Below, in pieces: positions 33,863 to 47,597 of a DNA stretch of 64,000 nt. The translations under genes were made by a program, and so were the position numbers. Source of the DNA: Azolla caroliniana (taxonomy: Eukaryota > Plantae > Polypodiophyta); the NCBI GenBank assembly GCA_043228905.1, contig JBHGNT010000001.1, positions 2,666,001 through 2,730,000 on the forward strand. Reading direction: 5' to 3'. The number at the start of each line of letters is the position of its first letter. The stretch's first letter is position 1. A model generated the notes under the pieces. The model made no database searches. It was given only the letters and a program-made list of their open reading frames with translations, and was not told the origin of the DNA.

Positions 33863-36800
33863 ATGGCGAGCTTACAGGTTCACTACGCTTACTCTCCATT
33901 CACGTCTTCCGACATCAAGAATCACATCGCCATACGTACGACTCTTCATTATTCATCTTCTTCTTTTCGCAGCATTTTTCTCCCCAGTGCGAAGCTCCAG
34001 GTAAGGAATTCTCTCTTCCCACCTTTACGTGTTCGGAATTTACTATTTTTTTATTCTCTCACAGAAATTCTGTTCTTTTATTCCTTTACATTGCCATATA
34101 CGATGCATGAATGAGTCTCTCTTTTGATTTTTGCAAAGATCCATGAATAAGCTAATACTTTCCTTTCATCTTCTTATTTGTTCAAAATTCACTGTTTTCA
34201 TCCTCTTCGTCTCCTTTGTGTGGAGCGTCTGATCCAGAAATAACCTAGATATTTTTTCTCTTCAAAGTTCTTTGTATTTCTGTTCATCTTGCAGACGTTT
34301 CTTCTTCTTCTTTGCATTTCTCTTGTTTGGTCTTATAGGCCACTTTGGCCTCTTAAAATACGTCAATATATCTGTCTGTCTTTCTTTCTTTGCATGAAAC
34401 CTCTGCTGCAGAAAATACACTTCTTCTTCTTCTTCTTCTTCTTTGCATGGGCAATGTGATACAGAAAAAGCTTATATCTTTGTTTATCTGTTCAAATTTA
34501 GTGACTCAGTGTAGAGATGGCCTTCATCTTTGCTTTTCTGATTTTTATTTGATTGTATTATATGCTTATGAACTTATCTGTTCTAATGGTATGGTTATTA
34601 TGTGACCTTATCTTTGGTATCTGTTTAAAGTTATTGTCTCTCAGCCATTTATTGCCTACATCCTTGCTCCCTGGGCTTATCTGATCTTTTTTATATGCGA
34701 ATGGCATCATCTGGTCTCGTCATCTGCTTCCAATTTAATGTCTCACAGACAAAATTCTTACTCTTTTCGTGACCAATGCACATCTTACAGACATTTTTCC
34801 ATCTTTGAATGAATGATCTAATGCACAAATATCTTTCATCCTGGTTCTACTATATGCCTATGATCTTATCTAATGCTGTTATCTGTTCAAAATTTTCAGC
34901 TGTCTCACTGACCTATGTTCTTCTTTGTCTTCTTCTTCTTTTTCTGTGTGAACTACCTGATGCAGAGATGGCCTCATGGGTGGCAAAAAAGGCATATTTC
35001 ATTTCGTAGTCTTAGTTCTCAAAATGGTGGAGATTCAGAAGAATCTGAAGGAGTAGAGGATTCATCTTCTTCATTATCTTCTTCTTCATCAGTATATGGT
35101 GCAATGACAGGTTTAGCAACTCTAGGGTTTCTGGAGACAGCATACCTCACCTATGTAAAAATTTCTGGTGGGTTTATTTCGTGCCCGATTGGTGGTGGAA
35201 GTTGTAATGATGTTCTCCAGAGTGATTATTCTGTTGTCTTTGGTAAGTCTTTGTACCCTAAACCCTAAATCCTAAATCCTATGCTAATTCTGTTCATTAA
35301 TGTGCCCATGCAAGAAGGCGCGATGCATAGATTGCCACTAAATCATGTGAACTTTGTATTGTTTAAGTTGTAGAAGGGGAGTGGTGATTTGGTAATTTTC
35401 AAACATGGATGGATTTTTGGTAATTTTCCCTAGAAGAAAAAATAGCACTGACAGCCTGATTCATAATAAATCAAAAAACTGAGAAAATTGCTGAAAATAA
35501 GATGTGTGCTGACATTGAAAAACTACTGTTGACAAGCATCTGTCAAGCCCCATCCCAATCTCGTATAAAAGTTCAAACACAACAAATTCCTGCATGTGTA
35601 TACAAAAATGACAAATTTGAAAGTCTTAAATACATACTAAATATTCAACTCCATTATCCACGATTCTGTGCTAAAAAGGAGGGATAACCTGCTGAAATAT
35701 AAAGTTCATCTTTTGAATCTCTCGCAAAACACATTTAAAAGTAATGGATTGGAAAAAATATTTGGTTGGGATTTAAATGTTTTCCCAAAAAGAAGGAAGC
35801 AAAAACATGGTTTAAGTTTCCTCCAAAAATATGTTTCATAACTTCACTGCTTTGTTAATATCCAAGGTATTTTTATAGCGTTCTTGTGTATAGTGATGGG
35901 AAATTTTCTTCCATACCCAAACATGTTGGACTGCTCTCAAGTGATAAAACTTATTTCTCATATTCTAAGTTGCCACCTTTTCATGAAGATGATAAATCTA
36001 ATATGGATCATTGAAATTGTGTCTTCTTTTTGTGCTGAAGGGGTCCCCCTTCCTGCAATTGGAACTCTTGCATATGGGACTGTGGCAATGCTAAGTGTTT
36101 TTGCCATTTCAAAAACATCTAAAGACACGTTCACACACGATGTAATTCGATGGCTTCTCTTAGGAAGCACAGGTTCTATGGCCTCTGCAAGCATATATTT
36201 CATGTACATTTTATCAACAAAGTTGGAGGGAGCTTCTTGCGCTTACTGTGTCGGATCCGCAATGCTTTCCATCATCCTTCTGCTTCTTACATTACGGGTG
36301 CGAGAAACTTTCTTCAGCAAGCTTGGATCATGGATTACAAATGTATGTTAAAGGTAGAAAATTTTTGTGTGATCGAAGTTGATGCATTCTTGGCTGATGG
36401 TTTGTGTGTTTGATTTATTTGCACGAACTTGTGTTTGTGTGGGTGTGTGTACGAGTGCAGAGATTTAGCTTCCAAGAAGCAAAAAGAGTTGCTGGATTGC
36501 AAGTGGCAGTAACAGCTGCAGTCATAGTGGCATTGTCATCTTCATATGCGGGTATAACTCCTGCATTGACAGGGTGAGTATATTTAGCTGGTAGTTACCC
36601 TTGGCAGTATGATTTATTAGGTTGTTAATACTGTACTTTTCTTTCATTTATCATGGTATATTTTGTTATATTAGCCTCAGCTATGTGATTTATTCTTATT
36701 ATGCAGTTAAAATTAAATGATCATTTTTTATGTACTTCCCTCCGTAATGTTTATAGTAAATGGTGGAGCTTTATTGGAGATCTGAAAGCCTCACTAACTG

Positions 36801-38705
36801 TGTTATGAATGCTATTATTTCTTATTCTTGCTTGAACAAGTATGTGTAGGAACTACAATTTCACAGTAGTAAACCTGTTTATCATAGGGCTTCAATGGAG
36901 ATGTAAAAAGCCTCACACATGAATGATTTTGATTTTCGTGTTTGCGTGGAAGGATGTGTCTATTGAAATGCAATTGCAGTATCACATAAATCTTCAATAT
37001 AGGGACTTTCGGGTGATCTTAGACCCCTGATATTTTGAGTGATTTTCGGTGCTTTCTATCTATTGAATTTTTATATTCAAGCTTTTATCTATCTGTAGGA
37101 ATACAGTTTCGCATGCACAGATTATACAGTATCACCTAAACCTTCAATAGTATTCTGTCATTCTTGGTCTAATTTTCATCATAGAGCGTTATTTCCTTTT
37201 AGACATTATGTGTATGATTCTGACATTCTTGGTCTAATTTTCACTGTAGACTATGGAATCTAGTTTCCCTTTAGTCATTAGTTGTTGGATTGTGTGATCT
37301 AATGTCCTTTTGGTACATTCAAAGCCTGGTACGGTAGCTATGCTGCAGAATTCCTAGATATATTGCTCTAATGTGTTATTGATTTATGAATATGTTATAA
37401 TCCCAGTGTCAGGAGGGGGAATTGGATTATGATGGGATCTGATACCATTGCTAATATTGAAGCGTGGAAAATTGATTATGCTGTAGAATGCCTAGATATT
37501 GTGCTTCAATGTGTTAGCAATGCAAGATGTTACAAACTAGGGTTATGGTTGATGCATGCCATGGGGAAGTTATTAGGGTGCTGAATGATATAAGGAACGA
37601 GAGAGAAGAAACATTTATGTTCTGTAAACTGGATGATTTGGTCACTCCCAAAAATAAAATGGTAAAACTCTGGGATAAATTTGAGGAAATATTGAGAACT
37701 TGAGGAATTTTGGGAGATAAAGAAATGGGGGTTACTTCTGAGTTTGTCCCAAACGGAAATAAAAGTACTGGAAATGATGGCTTTTGTATTCACAATCTGT
37801 CACAGTTGAAGAAATGAAGTTTTCCTAATATTGTTAAACAAACCATTGCAGATCAGGAGAGATAGACCTTCCACCAGTGGAGCCCCAGGTAACAACAAAT
37901 TCAAGTCCTTTAACAATATCCCTTGCAAAACAACTTCAGGCAGTTGGTGCAAAGATGTATGGTGCATTTTGGTGCTCCCACTGTTTCCAACAGAAACAGG
38001 TACATTCCATAATTTTGTTTACCGTATTATGATAAACTAATAGGATAAAATGTCTGTTTTACACGGAATAGGCTTCTGCATGAGAAACTGTATGATCAGC
38101 AATTGTAGTTGTCTTAACATGGATCTTTCACAATTTGCAGGTCAGTTAATTGTGTTTGCATATATTGGGGTTGCAAATATATCTTGATTGCAGTGCATTT
38201 TATAAAAGATTAACATTTTGATGCATGTGCATATTATACCATTCCCAATAAAGGAAATATATGGGTATTGTGCATGTACTTCATGTGCAATTTATGTTTT
38301 CAGACATACAAACATGAGAGATCATCCTAGTGACATTAATATGGACAGAATGCGAACTTATGGACGAACTGTTTTTCTCAAATTGTAAATTGCAGATGTT
38401 TGGGAGAGAGGCAGTCAAACTGTTGGATTATGTTGAATGCTATCCTGAAGGATACCGACGTGGAGTAAAAATAGCAAAAGCTTGTGCTGATGCAAATATT
38501 GATGGTTTCCCAACTTGGATAATCAAAGGAGAGGTAAGGCCTCTACACCTTGGCAAGTAAAAGTTTACATTATTTGAATGTTAATAAAATATTATATCCT
38601 TGTGAAGTTGTTTATCATTATATTTTGTAGGTGCTGTCTGGAGAACGAGAACTTTCTGAGCTTGCTCAGCTAGTTGGTCTTGAGGGTTTTGATGCTCAGA
38701 AATGA
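33863..38705 (+). CDS. LTO1: Thylakoid thiol-disulfide oxidoreductase LTO1 (VKOR + thioredoxin-like fusion)
   Basis: Exons 33863-34000, 34966-35242, 36041-36297, 36461-36573, 37852-37999, 38396-38533, 38631-38705. Ser-rich transit-peptide-like N-terminus. VKOR motifs GFLETAYLT, CPIGGGSC.DVL.SDYS.VFGVPL, CAYC. Trx-like motifs AKMYGAFWCSHC..QKQMFG, YVEC, C...I.GFPTWII.G.VLSGE. Confidence 0.96.
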
Positions 38706-39147
38706 ATATTGTAACATCCATATGAGTTTTTAGACTCGAGTTCTCATTTATCCTAGTGAAGAGGAGGCACTGTAATGACTCTTTATCCATAAATAGAAAA
38801 GGTTTTAAAAGAATCATTGTCTTCTGGGTCTTATGGTCATGTTTTTGGCCTTCCAAATTTGTCCATATATCATCGTCATCATCATCTCTCTTTTCATATG
38901 ATTAAAGTATTTGTATGTACACAAAAGATAACTCTTCTGAGGAGAAGGTGCTTGTAGACCACAGCTTGTTAACCATGTTCTAGAGAGAGACTCATTGACA
39001 GTGGGCATGTTTTGCTTGGAATATGTTTTGTGGGAGAAATTCACTAATGATGCATGATTGGCCTTGAACACGACAGCTACGCAATCCATGTTCAATCACA
39101 TTTGGGTTTGCATTCCTCATGTTTATAGCTTGAATTGTAGCACACAT

Positions 39148-40020
39148 ATTTCTCTATCACAATATGCACTCTCAATTGCAATGATTAAGTAAAATACTTG
39201 AATATTTGAGTTTTTGAGGACAGTGATAAAATCTATCTAGACATTGATCTATTTCTCTATCACAATATGCACTCTCAATTCCAACAATTAAGTAAAGTAC
39301 TTGAATTTTTAGTACACTGATAAAATCTATCTAGACATTTATCTATTGTACGTATTGTAGTGTCATGTTAGATTTACAGAAACCTCACCTAGCTTTGACC
39401 CAATCAATTTAATGGGCCAATGTAGTGTCATGTTAGATTTAAAGAAATCTCACCTAGCTTTGACCCAATCAATTTAATGGGCTTGATTTGGCTCCGACTT
39501 ATTTTAATGCACGCCCTAGAGTAAGAGTGCTTAAATCTCACATGACAAATTTGTAAGCTCAAAATACATGCTAGTTAGTTATGCAGCTCTACAGTAAGCG
39601 TGCTTAAACTCACGTGATAAACTTGTAAGCTCAAAAAACATTATAGTTATGCAATTATATGTATGGGATTCAATATTTTTACTAACCACTGTGTACACCA
39701 TACATACACGAAATGAAGTAAAAGATCAGCCCCATGCTACGTGACTATTCTTTAGAATTTTAGGCATTAAAGGGCATCCATGTTCTAGTATATCTAAATG
39801 TGATTGCTCTTTAGAATTTCAGGCATTAAAGGGCATCCATGTTTTAGTATATCTAAATGTGACTGCTCTATAGAATTTCAGGGATTAAAGGGCATTCATG
39901 TTCGAATATATCTAAATCATACATTTGATCCAAAAAGGGTGTCAAATATACTTGAGGAAAATGATAATCATAATCTGTATGGATCTTAGGGAGAGGTGGT
40001 GATCATAATCTGTATGGATC
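39148..40020. repeat. Run of five adjacent, unrelated short tandem duplications
   Basis: ~103 bp x2 (39148/39251), 65 bp x2 (39356/39421), ~73 bp x2 (~39518/39591), ~59 bp x3 (~39741-39918) and ~33 bp x2 (~39963-40020). Confidence 0.88.
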
Positions 40021-41283
40021 AAAAGTGCATTTTTATTTATTCGGCTCGTCATCACTCAGTTCCTCCATGGATGTGCATTTCTGTATTACTTTAGAAGCTT
40101 ATTGTACAAAGAATTGACGATGTTCACGAATGTAATCCCTTGGTTTTAATGAACACTTAGATATAATAATGTATGTATTGTGGGCAATGGATTAAACTAG
40201 CAGTGTCGTAACGTATACATATATGAGTCATAAAAATAAGAGTAAAATGCGCACTCACTTTTTAAAAGCAAATACGGTTTCCGCAATAACAAACTCTATA
40301 TTGTACATCTAGCAGATTTCCAATCACAGTCAGAAAACTCTTTACGGTGCGTTTAATGCATTTTGTAGCCTCTACTACTTGTCAATGTATAATTTAATAC
40401 AACTAGATTTGACTTCATCTTATCTTGTTCATTGCACCACCACATTAATGCATCCTGATCCAATCACGTTCAATTACAAAAAAAATCAAGAATTCAAAGG
40501 CTTAATCCTGATGTTTTCGCAGTTCTCAGGGTTGTTATTGATATCTTTGTTGTAATTTGAGGTATAAACAGAGGAATTGGGATGTCAACCATTGATAGCC
40601 ACACAACTCTGATTTGCTCCTGAAATCATGACTGTGGGAAGGCAACTTAAGCATCTGGAACACATGCTGCTTGAATATTGTTCCTATTGTTGCAATAACA
40701 TATCCTCAAATTAATCACAAATGCATGTAAGACTCCTCCATCACGTTATTTTCCAATTGCACTACCCCTTTCCCTTTTTCTATATTACTGCTTTCAAAAG
40801 TTCACAAGAAATGCGTGCATTTTTGCATTTCCTTACCTTTCGTACGTCTGCACTGATCATGCATTGAATGAATTATTTCCTTCCATTTCGAGAGGAGAAG
40901 GCGAGAAATTTCAAGAAGCCATGAATGAGATCCATACATTAAAGGCTTTATGCAGAGACAATCCAAAGAGGGATCTATTTGAACCATGTATTACACGAAA
41001 TTTTTAACTATGAAAGTATATTCCCGTGAGTGGTTGGATGATTTGCGGAGAAGACTGGGTGAAATTTACTTTTCAACCATGAACGCATAGCCCGTGATGT
41101 GGTGGTGTCTGAGCCACTTCAAAACCACGTGGGATTCATATTTCAATCAGATAAAAAGGAGCCCTCAGACGGTACCAGATGGACTCAGGGTACCGAAGAG
41201 CACCAATAATGTGCAGTTCATTTCTTCTAGTCTAATGATGCTTTTGTTCATTGCATTTATATGTTCAAAAAGAAAAGTGTTAT

Positions 41284-41289
<6 letters not shown>

Positions 41290-41334
<45 letters not shown>
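41290..41334. repeat. (GA)n microsatellite upstream of the WEB-family gene
   Basis: Perfect GA dinucleotide run. Similar simple repeats occur at ~25680 (GT), ~27300 (CT), ~29593 (GAA), ~31840-31892 (CT-rich), ~46839 (CT) and ~54232 (GA). Confidence 0.95.
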
Positions 41335-41337
<3 letters not shown>

Positions 41338-43151
41338 AGAAAAAAACAAAAGAAAAAGAAAAAGAAAAGGGAGTTAACAGCTATAGAGCTCTGTTTTCCT
41401 TGAGAAAAAAAAGTGAGCCTCTGTTTCTGGATAGATGATACTTGAAACCCCTATTTCCTTTAGAAAGATAAACACGAAAGAAATAGGCACACCCACGCAC
41501 AATTTCTTGATCTACTCACTTCTATGTTTATACTCTCATTCCGCACATCCTAGGCGAACTTATCAAAATCTCTTCCAAGCGTGAAGGGACTACTGCTACA
41601 GAAAGGTATTCCTGCCAATATGCTTTTTTCTTAAATTTCTTTTTTGTTTTAATGCATAAATGTGTTGTATTACTCCTTTGTACATAATTGCTAAAGCCAA
41701 ACGTTTTCGTGAATTAATGTGCATTAACTACTGCACTGCTCTATATAACTAGACTTCATCAGTTTTCCAGTGCATCTATTCTATAATCTCCTTTCTGAAC
41801 CATGTTATCTATAGTATAACCTTCATTTGCGATCCATTATCTATAATGTAATGTCATTTCATTATCTATAATATCCACTGTTACAAAACAAATGGAGATA
41901 TCAGATTACTTATATGAAATTCGGAACTTTGTGATTAAATGCAAAGTTTTTATGGGAAACTCTAGATTTGGCTTTAAATTGAAGGACAGGCCCACCCTCT
42001 ATGCAACATGACAAATAAAAAATTAAGGAAGGGAGAGGATGATAGACTAAATTAAGGAACAATGATGCTTTTATCTGCTGTGATGCTGTTGGCTGTAGTA
42101 CATTGCCTCATAAATATGTTTTCCGATGGTTGTAATAGACTTAAATTGCCTTTTCTTGGCATACTTTCCACTATTATAGGAAATTATTCCTAATTCATGT
42201 TTATTTGGGATTGTGTGTACCACAGTCGACTTGTTTTTTGAGACACAAAAGTGAAAAGAAGTAAAAAAAGAGAAACTGAAGCCTCATACTTCATTACAAG
42301 CAAGAAGGTTGATCATGCAAATGCTGTAAGATTGTCAGCCCATCGGTCATTAGTTTACACCATGATAGGCATTTCAAAAAGTAGTGAATCATCTTTGTAG
42401 TAGAGGGAGGGCTTCATGGTAATTTTAAATGAAGAAGTATTGGTGATCTACATTCGCGCATGATCACATGATTTGCTATCTGAGAAAACCTAAAAGGCAA
42501 TGGATGGAGATTGAAGTTGGAAAATGCCAAACAAATGAAGTAAGAGGATTCATGTGGTACCATTTGAACCTTCAAAGACAACACCTCAGATAGAATCCCG
42601 ATGGTTGTAACATCACGTGGGTCTAAGTGACAAGAAACCTAAGGCTTCCCAAGAGTTGCTGAAATAACTTGTCTTTCATGACCTTGATTTCTTGCTGCTG
42701 AGTTTAAGAATGAACTGAAACAAAAGAGAAAAAAAGGAACATAATATATGTATATCAGGGGAAGGGTTAGTTGAGCAATGAGGATATCTAATATGAAAAT
42801 ACATTAATGAAGAAAAAATACAACTGTTGGGTTTAGGTAAATTCCTAGATAATAATGCAACACTTCCAGCCCTCTCTGTCAACATTCATGTGGAGCTTGA
42901 CCAATCCAGAAGGAACTCTGAATACGGGCCATGTGTTTGATGCCAGCTACAGTTTAGGACAAACATTGTTATCATTATAATGTTTATGGTTGGGGTTTGT
43001 GATAACAGCTAACCTTTGCCTTTTTGGGTTTCTCTTCATTTAGTGACTAAAGTCTTTTAATGCTTTTTAGCGTGTGGGAACTTGTATCGTAAACGTATTG
43101 ACAAGGGGTAAGTTTTTCATTTTCCAGAAGAAGAAATTGAAAGAAGCTGAG

Positions 43152-45173
43152 ATGCCGGATCTAGAAATTTCCAACAAGATACTTACCACTGGGCCCAACA
43201 ATGGAAGAATAGAGATAGATACCAGCCTCCCCTTTGAATCAGTAAAGGCAGCTGTGAACTTATTTGGAGAGAAAGTTGATTCACTAAAACAAGAGGTACA
43301 CTAAATTTAATTGTTTTTCTTTCATTATAACTATGTTTTTGGAGGAAATTTTGACTTTATACAGCAACCCAAATAGTTACGGAAGTTGATTGTCTATTAT
43401 ATTAATATATTTATTAATCTACTGAACCAGAAACCAAAAGATGTTGAGTTGAAACAAGAATTAATGAAGCTACAAGGTCAACTAACAAATGAGGAGAGAA
43501 GGAAAGAAAAAGCATTATATAACCTAGATCAAGCTAAAAAGCTGTTACAGCATTTGGTGGAAAAGAAAACAATTGATTTAAATAGTGTCTCTGATGGATA
43601 TGTAAAAGAGTGTTCTACAGTTGTTGAGAATGAAGATAATCATGAGCAGCCTGGTATTGAGGCAGAGGAAAAACAGGGGAAAGGTAACGAGCTGGAAATT
43701 TCCACACAAAAGCTTAGAGAACTGAAAACAGAGTTGCTTGCTACTGTGAAGGAAAGAGATGCTGCTTTGGAAGAGAGAGAAAAAACCTTAACTTCTATTA
43801 GGATTAAAATGGAAGAAACTGAAGCGCTTAAGCAAGAGGTAGCAAGTATGAATGAATCGCTAGTTTTATTGAAGCTTGCTTGTATAGAGGCAAACAGAGA
43901 TAAGGTTTCTCTTTTGGGAAGTAATATTGGAACAGGTGATGAATTAGAACTAGCAAATGAGGAGCTTAGAAAAGCAGAGATGGAACATATGCTTGTTGAA
44001 GCGATGAAGGAGATTGGAGAAATTCAAACAGAGCTAGCAAATAAAAGAGAAGATGAAGCAAAGGCAAAAGATGCTATAAGAGCGTTGGACACGTTAAGGT
44101 CGGAGTTAGAAAGAACAAAAATAGCCAACGAAAATGCATCTTCTTCTCTTCTGGCATTATCTGCTGAGCTTGAAGAGACCAAGACAAATCTCCAGAAAGA
44201 GCTTGATGGTATAAAGTCTCTGACCACTTTGCAAGAATCACTGAAGAATGAATCAGAAACGAGGAAAGAAGAGTTAAAGCGTGTGAATGAAAGAGAGGTG
44301 AATTCCATAGCTGCAGCCTCGGTTTTGACTGGTGAACTAACAAAAATTAAAGATGAATTATCGATTGCATTAGCAGAAGAAGTTAGAGCAGTGGAGTCTA
44401 TATCGACTTTATCACAAGCGTTTGAGCAAGTCAAAGAAGAATCTTTAGAAGCTAAATCAGAAGCTGAGTCTTTTTCCGATGTAGCAATGAAAGCTAAGAA
44501 GGAAGCAGAGCAAGCTAAAGCTATGCGAGAAAACATTGAGAGTTTGCTGAAGCAAACTCTGCAGGAAAGTGAGATAGCCAAATCAGCTGAAAAGGCAGCG
44601 GTTAGTCGAGTCAAGTCTTTGTCACTGAAGACTTTCAAGTCAAGAGAATCTGGGGTTGAATCTGGAGCTGGAATAACTATATCTCAAGATGAGTATGATT
44701 CATTGAAAAGGAAAGTGAGGGATGCTGAAGAGCTTTCGCAAATGCGAGTAGATGCAGCAATGGCACAGATCGACGCTGTTAGAACGAGCGAAGAAGAATT
44801 AGTGACCAAACTAGCAACCGCGAAGGAAGATATAGAGAACATAAGAAATACTATTAAAGACACAGTGCGCCGAGTTGAGATGGATAAGGCCGCACAGGGA
44901 GCGGTGGAAAACGAGTTAAAACGATTGAGAGAGAAAGAACAGAAATCGACGGAGAAGGAGAAGATGGGCATGGCTTCTCAGCAACTTTTCCTGAGAAATG
45001 AAGATGAGGGTAGGCCATCTTTATCCTCCCAGTCACCCTTGGTTAGTCCTCAAAAGCTGGGTAGTAATGATGAACTTGTTGAGAAGAAGAGGAAGAAGAA
45101 GCTGTCGTTACTTAAGTCTATTGTGGCTTTTATTTCAGGAGGAAAAGGTTTTTCATCATCAAAACTTCCTTGA
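43152..45173 (+). CDS. WEB family (WEB1/PMI2-like, DUF827) coiled-coil protein
   Basis: Exons 43152-43295 and 43431-45173. N-terminal motif IEIDTSLPFESVKAAVNLFGE, a long coiled coil, then ITISQDEYDSLKRK, AAMAQIDAVRTSE, AVENELKRLRE and a basic KKRKKK tail. The N-terminus may extend upstream: acceptor at ~43127 and a probable leader-exon donor at ~41606. Confidence 0.9.
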
Positions 45174-46835
45174 AATGTTAGCATGTAATTTGTATTGCTA
45201 CCCTTCAACACTCTGCATGTATATCTTCATGTTGTATACTATTCTTGAAGTTTTTGAATTCCAGATTCATTCTTTTTTGTTGAAAGTGGAGAAAACTGGT
45301 CAATGGATTACAATGAGCATCATCTGATTTCTTGAGGCACAACATGTTGATATAAAGAGTTCAAGGTATTTGCACCGATATTAAGTTTGTTGTGTAAACC
45401 TTGAGGGCAATTAACTTTGACCGATTTTAATCCATGAAAATAGTAGAGCCACAATTCAATTTCCTTTTTGTATTCTCCCATCAAATAAATTCTTGATATC
45501 CCAATGCCTATATAAAACTTAACATGTAGATATGTAATATATACCTGTATATATGTAATGTAAGTAGGTATCTATATGTGCGTTTTTAGATGGAGATAAT
45601 CTCCCCGCCATGGGCGTTATGAATAGAATCTGAAAGATACCTCACACAGAATATTCTATTTAATTTTATCCTCTTGATTGCAAGTTGTTTTATTCTACGA
45701 TTTATTACTGTGTATATATCTGCAAATATGCTAAAGAACCAAGGAAGGCTGGCTGGCTGGCACACAACGAAATCTAGTCTTGTGTTTAAAAGAAAGAATT
45801 GAGTCTAATAGTTCGATCCAGTTAGTTCTTGGACTCGAGAGACTTGGATAATCAGAAATCATTGATCGTTTGTGTGGATCTGTATGTTTGGTTTGTGATA
45901 TTTAGATTAAGTCAACTATTGCTTTTTACCAGGCATGGTGACAATGAGCAGTGTTAGATGTAATTTTGCCATAAGAGGATTGATTAAAAAGCACAATGCT
46001 GTAGCATAATTTTGTAATGGAAACTGTATTGAACGAAGGAAGATATGGTGTGTTCAGACGATCTCATCCCCCAACATATAAGATGACAAGGGCAAATCTC
46101 ATTACTTCTGAAATCTGATCCTTATGATGGTTTATTTTGTGAAGAGCTTTAATTCAAACACAAAATCAAGGGGATAAAGGAAAGGGCAAATGACCTAAAT
46201 ATGGCATATGCAAAGCCATCTTTTGGATTAAAAACCGTATGGTTGTTTGTTTGTTAAAGTCACAATTAAAGACATCAAATAGTAGAACCATGGGGAGTAT
46301 ATATTGTTCAACTATCCTAATGATCATAATGAAGCATTATATATATATATATTATTTTTTCCCCAAAAATAAGCAGCTTAATCCACTTAATACTTTGATT
46401 AATTTTAGCATCCATTTGAAAACCGTTCTAATAAAGGGGATTTGAACCCGCTCCCGCTAATTGGTGAGCCTGTTAGTAAATAGCATGTAATTAGATGAAT
46501 CAAATGAATGCATAAATAGTTAGATAAAATCAGATAATAAATAGATTATATATTTATGAATCAGAAAACTGATGCTTTAAGAGGAAACAGGGGCGTGAAA
46601 AAAAAGCAAAAGAAAAAAATATTAGAACAAAATAAATAAATAAATAAGTATATATATATATATATATGAACCAAATTCATAGCTTGATGCTTTTTTTTTC
46701 TCTCTTGCTTTGGTTTTGTTGCTTTTTTCTTCTTCCAGCTTTTTGCATGCTACCCAATAATATGAAATCACAAACGCATAAACACTCACTCAATGATACA
46801 TCCGCACGGTATGTCCTTCAGAACCGAGGAAAACA

Positions 46836-46875
<40 letters not shown>

Positions 46876-47597
46876 CTCGCAAGTCAGTTAACTAATAACT
46901 ATGAAGACCAAACCAATGGAAAAGAGAGGCATTTCACATTTGTTAAGTAATCTGTATGTAATGAATGCCCTTATCGAGTTAAGGTCTATCCCATGGCCAA
47001 ATGCATAGTTATAATTAAGGGTAGAGGATCGTTTCTAAATTGACCCTCATCCATCATGAAAGAGGACATACATACCGATAACCCCATATGTGTGTGAACA
47101 TGCATACTCCCATAGTAGCTCATGGTTGATTCTCATGTATTGAAATACACACACATAGGTGTAACTTGTAAGGTATAGATATGTTTAGCGTCTATGAAGG
47201 GGATGATTCCTTCATACAAGTTGGCAAAGATTCGAAATTTGCACCCCTTGCAAAATAGATGAGATGTTCATGTGTTTTAACTCCCTATATCCCCTCGAAC
47301 CGTCAAGTAAATTCTACTTGTGGGGCTTTTGAACCTGGTATGTCATGGGCGAGTATAAATATGCCTCACTATTAGGTAGAATTAATAGAAGAGAATTACC
47401 ATCCTACATAAAAACAGGAGGAAATTAGGAATGTTTGAGACAATCTCCCTTTTATGTGCGGTGTACATAAATAAGCTTATGGATGTGTGCAACTTTACGT
47501 GTATATGTTTGGGCGTGTGAGTGTGCATGTGTTTTGATAGAGACCATGGTAGACATATGCTTAACAATTCCATTTCAGGCTTTTGTAGGTGAGCTAG

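Noticed and set aside
39741-39918. Regularly spaced repeats resembling a CRISPR array
   Set aside because: Whole units repeat with no unique spacers, there are no cas genes, and the context is eukaryotic.
44024-45327. Antisense and alternate-frame ORFs up to 204 aa
   Set aside because: Shadows of the WEB coiled-coil exon.
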